From the NCBI GenBank assembly GCA_964536865.1, contig CAZHYN010000010.1:1-32000 (forward strand): a DNA stretch of 32,000 nucleotides. The letters run 5' to 3'. The notes below the pieces were generated by a model. The model saw only the letters and a list, made by a program, of their open reading frames with translations, was not told the origin of the DNA and ran no database searches. This document shows, one piece after another, positions 1 through 6,395 of this stretch (the first letter of the stretch is position 1; the number at the start of each line of letters is the position of its first letter). The translations under genes were made by a program, and so were the position numbers. This DNA is from an uncultured Planctomycetia bacterium. Its GTDB lineage: Bacteria > Omnitrophota > Gorgyraeia > Duberdicusellales > 4484-171.

Positions 1-214
1 GTAGGTATTGAATATTAATTCTGTCAGAACTTCACCTTTTCTTAAACTTAAATCCTTACTCTTTTCATAATCTTTTCGTTTGCTATAATATTTATAAAGA
101 GATGTAGGATATATTTCTTACTTTCTAGAGATTTAAAAGCTTTAGAATGCTCCAAAGAGATTTTTTCTAGATATAGAGTTATCTCATAAAATAATTTTTT
201 GTTTGGGGGTAATA

Positions 215-1915
215 ATGAATAAGAAACTATCATTTTTCATCGTTCTGATATTTTTGATAGGAATGGGAATTTTTGTTAGTTTTTCCTTTAAAGCGGTGCA
301 CAAAAAGATTGAAGATTTGAGCACCTCTATTTTAAAGTTAGAGGATATATTGATCGTAGAAGAGTTGCGAGATAAGATTCAAAATAGTTTAGAGACTGCT
401 AAAAATAATCTTCTCTTTCTTTCTAACTTGTGTAGTCTTAAAAAGTTAATTACTGCTACCAGCCCTAGGGATAGAAAGGTTTTATTAAAAAATTTAAGAG
501 AAGATTTTCTAGCTTTTTCTCGAACTCATAGAGAGTTTTCTCAAATTCGTTATCTTGATGAGAATGGTAAGGAAATAGTTAGAGTAAATAGGGAAGGGGA
601 TTCTTGTTATTTAGTTCCTTTAGAGAAACTCCAGGATAAAAGCCATCGCTACTGTTTCGCGGAGTCTGTTGCCTTTTCTCCTGGCCAAATATATATTTCT
701 AATCTAGATTTAAATATGGAAAAGGGGAAGTTAGAGTGGCCCTATCGACCTACGGTAAGACTATCTACTCCCATTTTTACATCCCAGCACAATCTAAAAG
801 GGATAGTAGTACTGAATATTGAAGCAAAAGATTTCCTTTCTAAACTGGAGAGGCATAATTTATGGTTAGTAAATGAGAAGGGAATATTTTTTGTCGCTCC
901 TCAACCTAAACTTCTTTATAAGAAGTCAAATATTGAAGTTAGTTCTTTAGCTAAAGAAGTCTCTAGAGGGATATTTTTTAATCCAGGGATTTATCCTTTC
1001 CTTTATACTTACATAGACATAGGTAAGAGAAGGTGGCTCCTCGGAAAATTCTTTGATATGAAAAAAATTGCTCCTTTAATTCATACTCACCAGAATAACA
1101 TATATGGGCTACTTGTAGGATTTGCTATCTTTGTCCTTTTGATGGTTTTTATTATGTTTGGTTGGTATCACCGAATTAAAGAAGAAGAGAGAATTGAGAG
1201 AGAGTTGAGGTTAGCAGAAATTGGAAGGTTAGTTTCTACTATCTACCATGACATTGCTAATCCCCTTATGGTAATTATGAATATACCCCAACTAATTAAG
1301 GAAAACCTGAGAGAATGTTTAGGGAGAGAACTTTCTACTGAGGAAAAGATAGAGATTCTAGAGAGTGCTCAGAAGGATTTAGATGAAATTACTAAGGCAG
1401 CAAGTAGGCAAGAGAAGTTAATTGGAGAGATTAAAGACACGGTAAGAGGTAAATTTGAGCCTCTTTTTGAAGAGGTTGATCTAGAGGTATTTTTTAGTGA
1501 GATTTTAGAAAATTGTAAAAGATACGTTGAGGAGATCAAGTTGGATTTAACTTATAAGGGTAAGTTGACTTTAGACAGGGGTAGATTTGAAAGAGTATTT
1601 TTCAATTTGATAAAAAATGTAGGAGAAGCCAGTAAGGGCAAAGCCACCGTTACTATTACTTCCTCTCAAGAAGATGATTATATAAAGTTTACCATTAGCG
1701 ATAATGGTCCAGGTATGTCTAAGAAGATGTTAAAGACTCTATTTAAGCTTGGAGGGACTTACGGTAAAAAAGAAGGCACAGGTTTAGGTTTATATATTGT
1801 GAAAAAGATAGTAGAGTTACATAGGGGAAAGATAACTTGTAGTTCTTACCCTGGAAAGGGGACAATCTTTACTATAAAGATTCCTAAGCGAATTCCTAAT
1901 AAGAAATTTACCTAA
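215..1915 (+). CDS. Transmembrane sensor histidine kinase (orphan, no adjacent response regulator)
   Basis: The track ORF starts at TTG 203, but ATG 215 lies 5 nt after a GGGGG Shine-Dalgarno. Two hydrophobic segments (about res 10-30 and 300-325) bracket a ~270-aa extracytoplasmic region. H-box 'YHDIANPL', N-box 'FFNLIKNVGEA', G1 'DNGPGM', G2 'GTGLGL'. Confidence 0.85.
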   Translation: MNKKLSFFIVLIFLIGMGIFVSFSFKAVHKKIEDLSTSILKLEDILIVEELRDKIQNSLETAKNNLLFLSNLCSLKKLITATSPRDRKVLLKNLREDFLAFSRTHREFSQIRYLDENGKEIVRVNREGDSCYLVPLEKLQDKSHRYCFAESVAFSPGQIYISNLDLNMEKGKLEWPYRPTVRLSTPIFTSQHNLKGIVVLNIEAKDFLSKLERHNLWLVNEKGIFFVAPQPKLLYKKSNIEVSSLAKEVSRGIFFNPGIYPFLYTYIDIGKRRWLLGKFFDMKKIAPLIHTHQNNIYGLLVGFAIFVLLMVFIMFGWYHRIKEEERIERELRLAEIGRLVSTIYHDIANPLMVIMNIPQLIKENLRECLGRELSTEEKIEILESAQKDLDEITKAASRQEKLIGEIKDTVRGKFEPLFEEVDLEVFFSEILENCKRYVEEIKLDLTYKGKLTLDRGRFERVFFNLIKNVGEASKGKATVTITSSQEDDYIKFTISDNGPGMSKKMLKTLFKLGGTYGKKEGTGLGLYIVKKIVELHRGKITCSSYPGKGTIFTIKIPKRIPNKKFT

Positions 1916-1920
1916 AACTC

Positions 1921-1983
1921 CATCTCACTTTCAGTATCACAAAGCTTAAATCTCTCACCACCCCAGAGAGTCTCTGTGCTCGG
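1921..1983 (+). repeat. 63-nt intergenic repeat, copy 1 (60/63 identical to 7097-7159)
   Basis: Direct alignment by eye: cat/cacc-tcactttcag-(t/c)-atcacaaagcttaaatctctcaccaccccagagag-(t/c)-ctctgtgctcgg. The three mismatches are at 1923, 1935 and 1971. Confidence 0.9.
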
Positions 1984-2023
1984 GGCTCAACCCGAAGTTT
2001 CGGGGTTCGCCTGCCTGCGTTTA

Positions 2024-2061
2024 CCCCGTAGCAAACTAACGAAGTAAGTTTTGCTATGGGG
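2024..2061 (+). other. Long imperfect stem-loop in the GC-rich tail of repeat copy 1
   Basis: ccccgtagcaaact (2024-2037) pairs with agttttgctatgggg (2047-2061) across a 9-nt loop, with one bulge and one G-U pair. A smaller hairpin, cccga-agtt-tcggg, sits at 1991-2004. There is no U-tract, so it is not called a terminator. Confidence 0.6.
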
Positions 2062-2123
2062 CTCAAAGTCTGTCTTCCCCCTAAAAAGAGGAGGAAAAAG
2101 ATACCTAAATTTTCAGAAAAATC

Positions 2124-2152
2124 TTGACAACTGTAAATTATTACAGTATCAT
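2124..2152 (+). promoter_or_regulatory. lexA promoter (TTGACA-17 nt-TATCAT)
   Basis: Consensus -35 TTGACA at 2124-2129 and TATCAT at 2147-2152 after a 17-nt spacer. A TATAAT at 2152-2157 would need a 22-nt spacer. Only 8 nt separate the -10 from ATG 2161 and no Shine-Dalgarno is present. Confidence 0.6.
2129..2148. promoter_or_regulatory. LexA operator (SOS box) of the CTGT-N8-ACAG type
   Basis: aaCTGTaaattattACAGta lies exactly between the -35 and -10 of the lexA promoter. Compare the E. coli-type consensus TACTGT(AT)4ACAGTA. Confidence 0.7.
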
Positions 2153-2160
2153 ATAATCAA

Positions 2161-2826
2161 ATGAATACAGTTAATAAACCCCAGATAAATTCAACATTAA
2201 CGCAACGCCAGAAAGAAATATTAGAGTTTATTATCTCTCATATAAAGCAATACGGATACCCGCCTTCTATTCCTGAAATTCAAAAGAATTTCTCTTTTAA
2301 GTCTCCCAACGCAGTTAGTGACCACCTTGAAGCCCTAGAAAGGAAAGGCTATATAGCCCGCCGTCCTCATAAATCGAGAGGCATAGAGGTGTTAATTCAA
2401 CCAAAATCAGAGAATGGTGGAAACCTTAATGGCGGAAATGTTGCAGAGGTGCCTATTGTTGGCAGGGTTTCTGCCGGGGTTCCTATCCTTGCCGAAGAGA
2501 ATTTAGAAGGCACATTGTTTGTAGATAAAACTATTGTCCGAGACCCTAAAGGGGTTTTTGCTTTGCGCGTGCAGGGCGAAAGTATGGTTAACGCAGGAAT
2601 TCTTGATGGTGATTTTGTATTGGTTAAGCAGCAGCCTGTAGCAGAACAAGGAGAGATTGTAGTTGCTTTGATAGAAGATGAAGCAACGGTTAAGAGGTTT
2701 TATAAAGATAAAAATAAAATAAAACTTAAACCGGAAAATGATACAATGAATCCTATAATCGTTGACCCCCAAGATAGTAGTGTTAGAATAATTGGGAAAG
2801 TAGTGGGAGTGGTGAGGAGGATATAA
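2161..2826 (+). CDS. lexA: LexA repressor (S24 self-cleaving)
   Basis: N-terminal winged HTH ('LTQRQKEILEFI...GYPPSIPEI'). Ala-Gly cleavage site in 'GRVSAGVPI', Ser in 'QGESMVNAGI', Lys in 'ATVKRFY'. Gly/Asn-rich linker insertion 'ENGGNLNGGN'. Confidence 0.93.
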   Translation: MNTVNKPQINSTLTQRQKEILEFIISHIKQYGYPPSIPEIQKNFSFKSPNAVSDHLEALERKGYIARRPHKSRGIEVLIQPKSENGGNLNGGNVAEVPIVGRVSAGVPILAEENLEGTLFVDKTIVRDPKGVFALRVQGESMVNAGILDGDFVLVKQQPVAEQGEIVVALIEDEATVKRFYKDKNKIKLKPENDTMNPIIVDPQDSSVRIIGKVVGVVRRI

Positions 2827-2830
2827 ATTT

Positions 2831-3013
2831 ATGAAGAATGTTTTTACAATTAACAGAGAAGATGTGCAACGAATAGCTATGAAAAAACTAGGACGCAAAT
2901 TGACTACAGAGGAGATAGAACGAGTTAAAAAAGGAGTAGAGTTTGGGTTAGAATGTTGGGAAGAAGTTGTAGTTTATGCAATTGAAGAAGTTATGAAAGA
3001 AAATAAAGGTTGA
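2831..3013 (+). CDS. Hypothetical 60-aa helical protein, probably co-transcribed with lexA
   Basis: Starts 5 nt after the lexA stop, with GGAGGAGGA about 9 nt upstream. No transmembrane segment and no motif I recognise. Confidence 0.5.
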   Translation: MKNVFTINREDVQRIAMKKLGRKLTTEEIERVKKGVEFGLECWEEVVVYAIEEVMKENKG

Positions 3014-3130
3014 GAATACTTTATACTTCATTTATGGTGTGTAGACTATAGTTTATAACGGATAGGGAAAAATAAATTTCTGATACTGCCTCGCATGAGG
3101 GCATAGAATAGGAAGAAAGGTAGCTGTTGT

Positions 3131-3268
3131 ATGATGCCAACATTATTGGAGACTGAGAAAAAAGAGAAGGTTATAATTAAACCTGAACCCTTTTTGAAAT
3201 GGGCAGGAGGCAAATCTCAACTTTTAAAGCAGTTCTTTTTAAATTTCTTTCCTTTAAAATTGAATTAG
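3131..3268 (+). pseudogene. 45-codon N-terminal stub of a Dam-type (D12 class) N6-adenine DNA methyltransferase
   Basis: My own translation is MMPTLLETEKKEKVIIKPEPFLKWAGGKSQLLKQFFLNFFPLKLN*. 'PFLKWAGGK..LL' is the hallmark N-terminal motif of Dam-family methyltransferases. The frame stops at TAG 3266-3268, before any SAM-binding or DPPY motif. It is below the 60-aa track cutoff. Confidence 0.65.
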
Positions 3269-3282
3269 AGAAGTTATAAACA

Positions 3283-4263
3283 ATGAATCGAAAATCATAT
3301 TTTTTAATTTCTGTATCAAATAGAAAGAATTTAGATTTATGTGTAAAATATGCATTGGCAGGATTTACAAATAGCATAAATGTAGTATGGACTTTTTTAG
3401 ATATAAAAGAGGGAGATTTTGTCTCATTTTTATATGGAGCAAAGGCATATAATCTTTATGTTGTTGAGTCAAAGGAAGCAATTAAAAATGCAGAAAATCT
3501 ACCCCCTTGGCCACCTGTTACATTTAAACAATCTGGCAATACTTATTATTTCCCGTTTCGTTTAAAATTGAGACCTATAAGAAAATTTGAAGAGTCTTTA
3601 GTAAGAGTTGAGTTTAATTATGTTGCTGAGAACTTACTTCTTCGTGGAGGATATAGAAGAACCCATTTCCAAGCGGATCAGACTACTTTACAGGCAGTAT
3701 CTCAAATGGGAGTTATTTGGAATAATAGGGTAGATAAATTAGTTCTTCCAAATAAAGGAATTTTCATTCCCAGATTTACAAAAAGGCGAGATGTAATTTC
3801 TATCCCAGAGATTTTCCAGTTTAAAGAGCTAATTTTGCAGGCTCTCATTAGACAATATTTAAGTGTAAAAGACAATTTATATATTTTATTACAACAAAGT
3901 GGAATTTCCATCAATCCGAATAACTTAGAGGTTTTAGGAGAAAAAGCATTTCCTGAAGGTTTTGTAGATATCTTGATAAAGGAAGCCACTCCTTTAGGTA
4001 TTTCAAGGGAAATTATTATAGAAGTAAAAACAGGTGTTGCAAGAGAGCAGGATATAAGTCAACTCGAAGGTTATGCAAATGAAATTGGCAAAGAATGTAT
4101 AGTAGCAATTTTAATTGCCAATAAGTTCCCAAAAAAAGTGATTAAAAATGTAAATAGTGAAAAGATAAAATTTTTCAAATATAGTATTGACAGGTTGATT
4201 GACGGAGATTCGTGTTTTACTTTTGAAGAATTATTAGAGAAGTTGAGAATAAGTAGAATATGA
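3283..4263 (+). CDS. EVE/PUA-like N-terminal domain fused to a NucS/Mrr-like PD-(D/E)xK nuclease domain (putative modification-dependent endonuclease)
   Basis: The N-terminus 'YFLISVSNRKNLDLCVKYALAGFTNS...IKEGDFVSFLYG..AYNLYVVES' follows the pattern of short EVE/PUA-like domains. The C-terminus 'LEVLGEKAFPEGFVDILIKE-x14-IIIEVKTGVAREQDISQLEGYANEIG' gives a D...ExK nuclease core followed by Q..L..Y, as in NucS/Mrr-type domains. Confidence 0.6.
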   Translation: MNRKSYFLISVSNRKNLDLCVKYALAGFTNSINVVWTFLDIKEGDFVSFLYGAKAYNLYVVESKEAIKNAENLPPWPPVTFKQSGNTYYFPFRLKLRPIRKFEESLVRVEFNYVAENLLLRGGYRRTHFQADQTTLQAVSQMGVIWNNRVDKLVLPNKGIFIPRFTKRRDVISIPEIFQFKELILQALIRQYLSVKDNLYILLQQSGISINPNNLEVLGEKAFPEGFVDILIKEATPLGISREIIIEVKTGVAREQDISQLEGYANEIGKECIVAILIANKFPKKVIKNVNSEKIKFFKYSIDRLIDGDSCFTFEELLEKLRISRI

Positions 4264-4278
4264 AGGAGGTTCGAAATT

Positions 4279-4545
4279 ATGAAGGTGAAAAATTATATAT
4301 TTCTAACAGCAGAAGGTTATACCTTTCAACCTCAAAGCGAATCTACAGAACCTGATATCGAGAATCTTCAAGTAATAGGATTTGCAAAAGGAACTAATTC
4401 GCAGGAAGCATTTTATAATTTGGTAAAAAATAATGAATATTTACTCAAGACTACATTTGAAGAAGTATTTTGTTATGAACTAGCTGAGAATTATAAAGAG
4501 ACCAAAGCTTATTATAATTTAATAGATTTTAGGGAGGAACTGTAA
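4279..4545 (+). CDS. Hypothetical protein, 88 aa
   Basis: Strong Shine-Dalgarno (AAGGAGG) 8 nt upstream, and the start is 15 nt after the previous stop. No recognisable motif. Confidence 0.6.
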   Translation: MKVKNYIFLTAEGYTFQPQSESTEPDIENLQVIGFAKGTNSQEAFYNLVKNNEYLLKTTFEEVFCYELAENYKETKAYYNLIDFREEL

Positions 4546-4570
4546 ATTCTTATAACAAGAGAGGTGAGAT

Positions 4571-4771
4571 ATGGGTCAATGGAAGGATGATTATATTGAG
4601 TTAAAGCTGACATTAGAAAAATTGGGTTGGAAGTGCGTTAAAGATGAAGTGAGCGGTTTAGAAAGCTGGTACAGTCAAGGTGTATTATATTCTAACTTTG
4701 TTAAAAATAACAAAGCTATTCATATTGAGTATGGAGATGAAGATTGTGTTTTCGGGGAGGTAGTTGAATAA
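4571..4771 (+). CDS. Hypothetical protein, 66 aa
   Basis: GAGGTGA Shine-Dalgarno 4 nt upstream of the ATG, tightly following the 88-aa gene. No recognisable motif. Confidence 0.55.
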   Translation: MGQWKDDYIELKLTLEKLGWKCVKDEVSGLESWYSQGVLYSNFVKNNKAIHIEYGDEDCVFGEVVE

Positions 4772-4892
4772 TAAACATAATTAAACATCAATGAAACTGC
4801 AAGACAACACCTTATTGGAGTAGAATGTCAAAAAATTATAATTTCTTACTTATAATGCATGAGCATTTGTTTGTGTTTGAGAAATTTTAAAA

Positions 4893-5681
4893 ATGGAAAA
4901 GTATATTTTTGATACCGTAGCATTTTTAAAAGATTTAAATAGAAGATTTGAAGAAGAGGAGTTAATTTATGACTTTAAGGTATTTATCGATTATATCGTA
5001 AAAAATAAAATAAAACTTACTCCTAAAAATGGCTGGATTCCCCGGAAGCATATATATGCGATAAATTCTTTATTCAAAAGTCCCAAACAACTTGAAGATA
5101 AGGTAGGGGATAAGATTTTTAAACTTAGAGAGGAGCTGCAGTACCCTCGTTTTTATTTTCTGGACCTTTTGGCAGGAGCCAGTGGATGTATAGAGCTTAG
5201 TGAAAAGAATATGCTGATTGAAGGTAGAGAGTATAAATATTTTATGCAGATGGAGGGTATTGATAAGAAAAGATGGTTAGTTTTGTCTTGGTGGTTTGCG
5301 ATGGATTGGGAAAACTGGATGCTAGAAGGTGATTTTGGAGGATTGATGCAGAAGAAGAAATTTTTATTGGGTAGTTATTTACAATCGTGGTTAGATAAAA
5401 GAGGCAGGGTTGATTTTAAAAAGATATGTAAAGATTTAAGGAATGGTTTAAGCCTTAGATGGGAAGCTCCTTCTCAAGATTATACAAAGGAATTGATAAA
5501 CTGGGGGATAGAGCGTTGTTTACTTTTACCTCTAGTTTATTTTAATATTATAGAAATTGTGCGCAAAAAAGGTAAGTTTGATATAGAAGAGACAATAGGA
5601 TTTTACATTAAACCCTTAGGGAGAATTTTCTTAGAAGAAATAATTGAGATAATGAGGAAGAATCAAGCCAGGCAAAATTAA
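4893..5681 (+). CDS. Hypothetical Trp-rich protein, 262 aa
   Basis: Long open frame after a 121-nt gap containing promoter-like TTGGAG-16 nt-TATAAT. It has a W-rich core ('RWLVLSWWFAMDWENWMLEGDFGG'). No catalytic motif recognised. Confidence 0.6.
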   Translation: MEKYIFDTVAFLKDLNRRFEEEELIYDFKVFIDYIVKNKIKLTPKNGWIPRKHIYAINSLFKSPKQLEDKVGDKIFKLREELQYPRFYFLDLLAGASGCIELSEKNMLIEGREYKYFMQMEGIDKKRWLVLSWWFAMDWENWMLEGDFGGLMQKKKFLLGSYLQSWLDKRGRVDFKKICKDLRNGLSLRWEAPSQDYTKELINWGIERCLLLPLVYFNIIEIVRKKGKFDIEETIGFYIKPLGRIFLEEIIEIMRKNQARQN

Positions 5682-5690
5682 AGAAAGAAT

Positions 5691-5750
5691 TTCCGTTGGA
5701 GGTTCCACCCGAGGTGGATTCGCCTCAGGCGAAGGATTCTCCCTTGGAGG
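5691..5750 (+). other. GC-rich cluster of two abutting 6-bp/3-nt-loop hairpins flanked by TTGGAGG direct repeats
   Basis: TCCACC-cga-GGTGGA (5704-5718) is immediately followed by TTCGCC-tca-GGCGAA (5719-5733). TTGGAGG occurs at 5696-5702 and 5744-5750. There is no U-tract. Confidence 0.6.
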
Positions 5751-5757
5751 ATAAATT

Positions 5758-5771
5758 ACAGATTATAGATT
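5758..5771 (+). repeat. Two solitary units of the ACARATT heptamer family (acagatt atagatt)
   Basis: The same unit and phase as the arrays at 7466, 8100 and 8351, placed directly before the ATG at 5773. Confidence 0.55.
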
Positions 5772-5772
5772 T

Positions 5773-5802
5773 ATGAAGGTTTATATTAGAAGTTTTGGCT
5801 GA
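5773..5802 (+). pseudogene. 9-codon stub resembling the N-terminus of a MiaB/RimO-type methylthiotransferase
   Basis: ATG AAG GTT TAT ATT AGA AGT TTT GGC TGA translates to MKVYIRSFG*. Compare miaB at 8153, MKLYIKTFGCQMN; 22 of 30 nt are identical. Both are preceded by heptamer units. Confidence 0.4.
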
Positions 5803-5954
5803 GCGTTGGGGTAAGTACCGAGAGATGATTTTAGGAAAATATTGAGGAGCTTGGATGGTTAATAACAGATGGAGGAAAAGTAAAAAAGAAATTGGATAAA
5901 CTCATTATCATAGCTTGCATTATTATAAGTATAAAAAGATTTAAAAACCATATC

Positions 5955-5971
5955 TTCGTTACAATAACGAA
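5955..5971. promoter_or_regulatory. Operator palindrome 1 (TTCGTTAcaaTAACGAA)
   Basis: Perfect 7-3-7 palindrome, repeated exactly at 5994-6010. Confidence 0.7.
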
Positions 5972-5975
5972 AAAC

Positions 5976-6004
5976 TTGACAAAAAGTCCATAATTCGTTA
6001 CAAT
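5976..6004 (+). promoter_or_regulatory. Promoter of the HEPN-like/MNT operon (TTGACA-17 nt-TACAAT)
   Basis: TTGACA at 5976-5981 and TACAAT at 5999-6004, followed by AGGAG (6011-6015) and ATG 6027. The -10 lies inside operator palindrome 2. Confidence 0.7.
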
Positions 6005-6010
6005 AACGAA
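5994..6010. promoter_or_regulatory. Operator palindrome 2 (TTCGTTAcaaTAACGAA), overlapping the -10
   Basis: An exact second copy, 39 nt centre-to-centre from palindrome 1. The two copies bracket the -35. Confidence 0.7.
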
Positions 6011-6026
6011 AGGAGAAAAGACGAGA

Positions 6027-6395
6027 ATGGGTAATTTCAATAAGCATCTGAAACTGGCAAAAGAAAAATTAAAGGCAACCGTTACTGCTTACCAGAATAA
6101 ACAAACGACAGTAGTGGGTGATCTAGGCATAAAGGTGGTGGAACAGTTAATAGAGGCTGATGCTGCAAAACATGGTGAGCATTTTGGTGATCATAAATCA
6201 AGACATGAATATTCCAACAGGAATTTTCCTTCTCAGGTAAATAAAGCAATGCGAAAAGTGTGGTTTGCATATGGTGATTTGGGTTATGACGGGATTAATG
6301 GCAAGAGGGCGAAGATTGTAATGGATAATCTCAAAATAATAATCAGATTTTTTGAAAAAAGATTTGGAGTAAAAATTTATGAAGAGGATACTTAA
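6027..6395 (+). CDS. HEPN-like helical protein (putative toxin partner of the downstream nucleotidyltransferase)
   Basis: 122 aa, all-helical in character. 'VVEQLIEADAAKHGEHFGDHKSRHEY' resembles PF05168-type HEPN helices. It overlaps the MNT gene by 17 nt. A clean Rx4-6H motif is not evident, so the call leans on context. Confidence 0.5.
   Translation: MGNFNKHLKLAKEKLKATVTAYQNKQTTVVGDLGIKVVEQLIEADAAKHGEHFGDHKSRHEYSNRNFPSQVNKAMRKVWFAYGDLGYDGINGKRAKIVMDNLKIIIRFFEKRFGVKIYEEDT

Noticed and set aside
48-233. 61-aa minus-strand ORF upstream of the histidine kinase, and an open minus-strand frame running off the left edge (about 1-117)
   Set aside because: The 61-aa ORF has no Shine-Dalgarno or motif support, it overlaps the kinase start, and its composition is typical of AT-rich noise. 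The edge frame has no start codon within the window, so it cannot be evaluated.
1960-2070. tRNA or tRNA-fragment (att site) in the GC-rich patches here and at 5700-5750 and 7160-7205, prompted by strings such as ggttcgcc and ggattcgcc
   Set aside because: I could not fold a cloverleaf. There is no GTTCRANYC T-loop with a matching acceptor stem and no CCA-proximal acceptor pairing.
2503-2898. 131-aa minus-strand ORF, and similar antisense ORFs at 3177-3377, 3702-3989, 6082-6644, 12088-12348, 15997-16188, 17724-17906, 18890-19213, 19954-20186, 22218-22403, 24723-25152, 25617-25841, 27584-27895, 28741-28944 and 29276-29473
   Set aside because: Each lies antisense to a + strand gene that has clear family motifs. 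Their sequences are low-complexity (Phe/Ile/Lys/Ser-rich), as expected for shadow ORFs in AT-rich DNA.
5831-6047. Two overlapping minus-strand ORFs (69 and 62 aa) in the gap upstream of the HEPN-like gene
   Set aside because: They are mutually overlapping and hydrophobic or low-complexity, they span the + strand promoter and operators, and they have no ribosome-binding sites.
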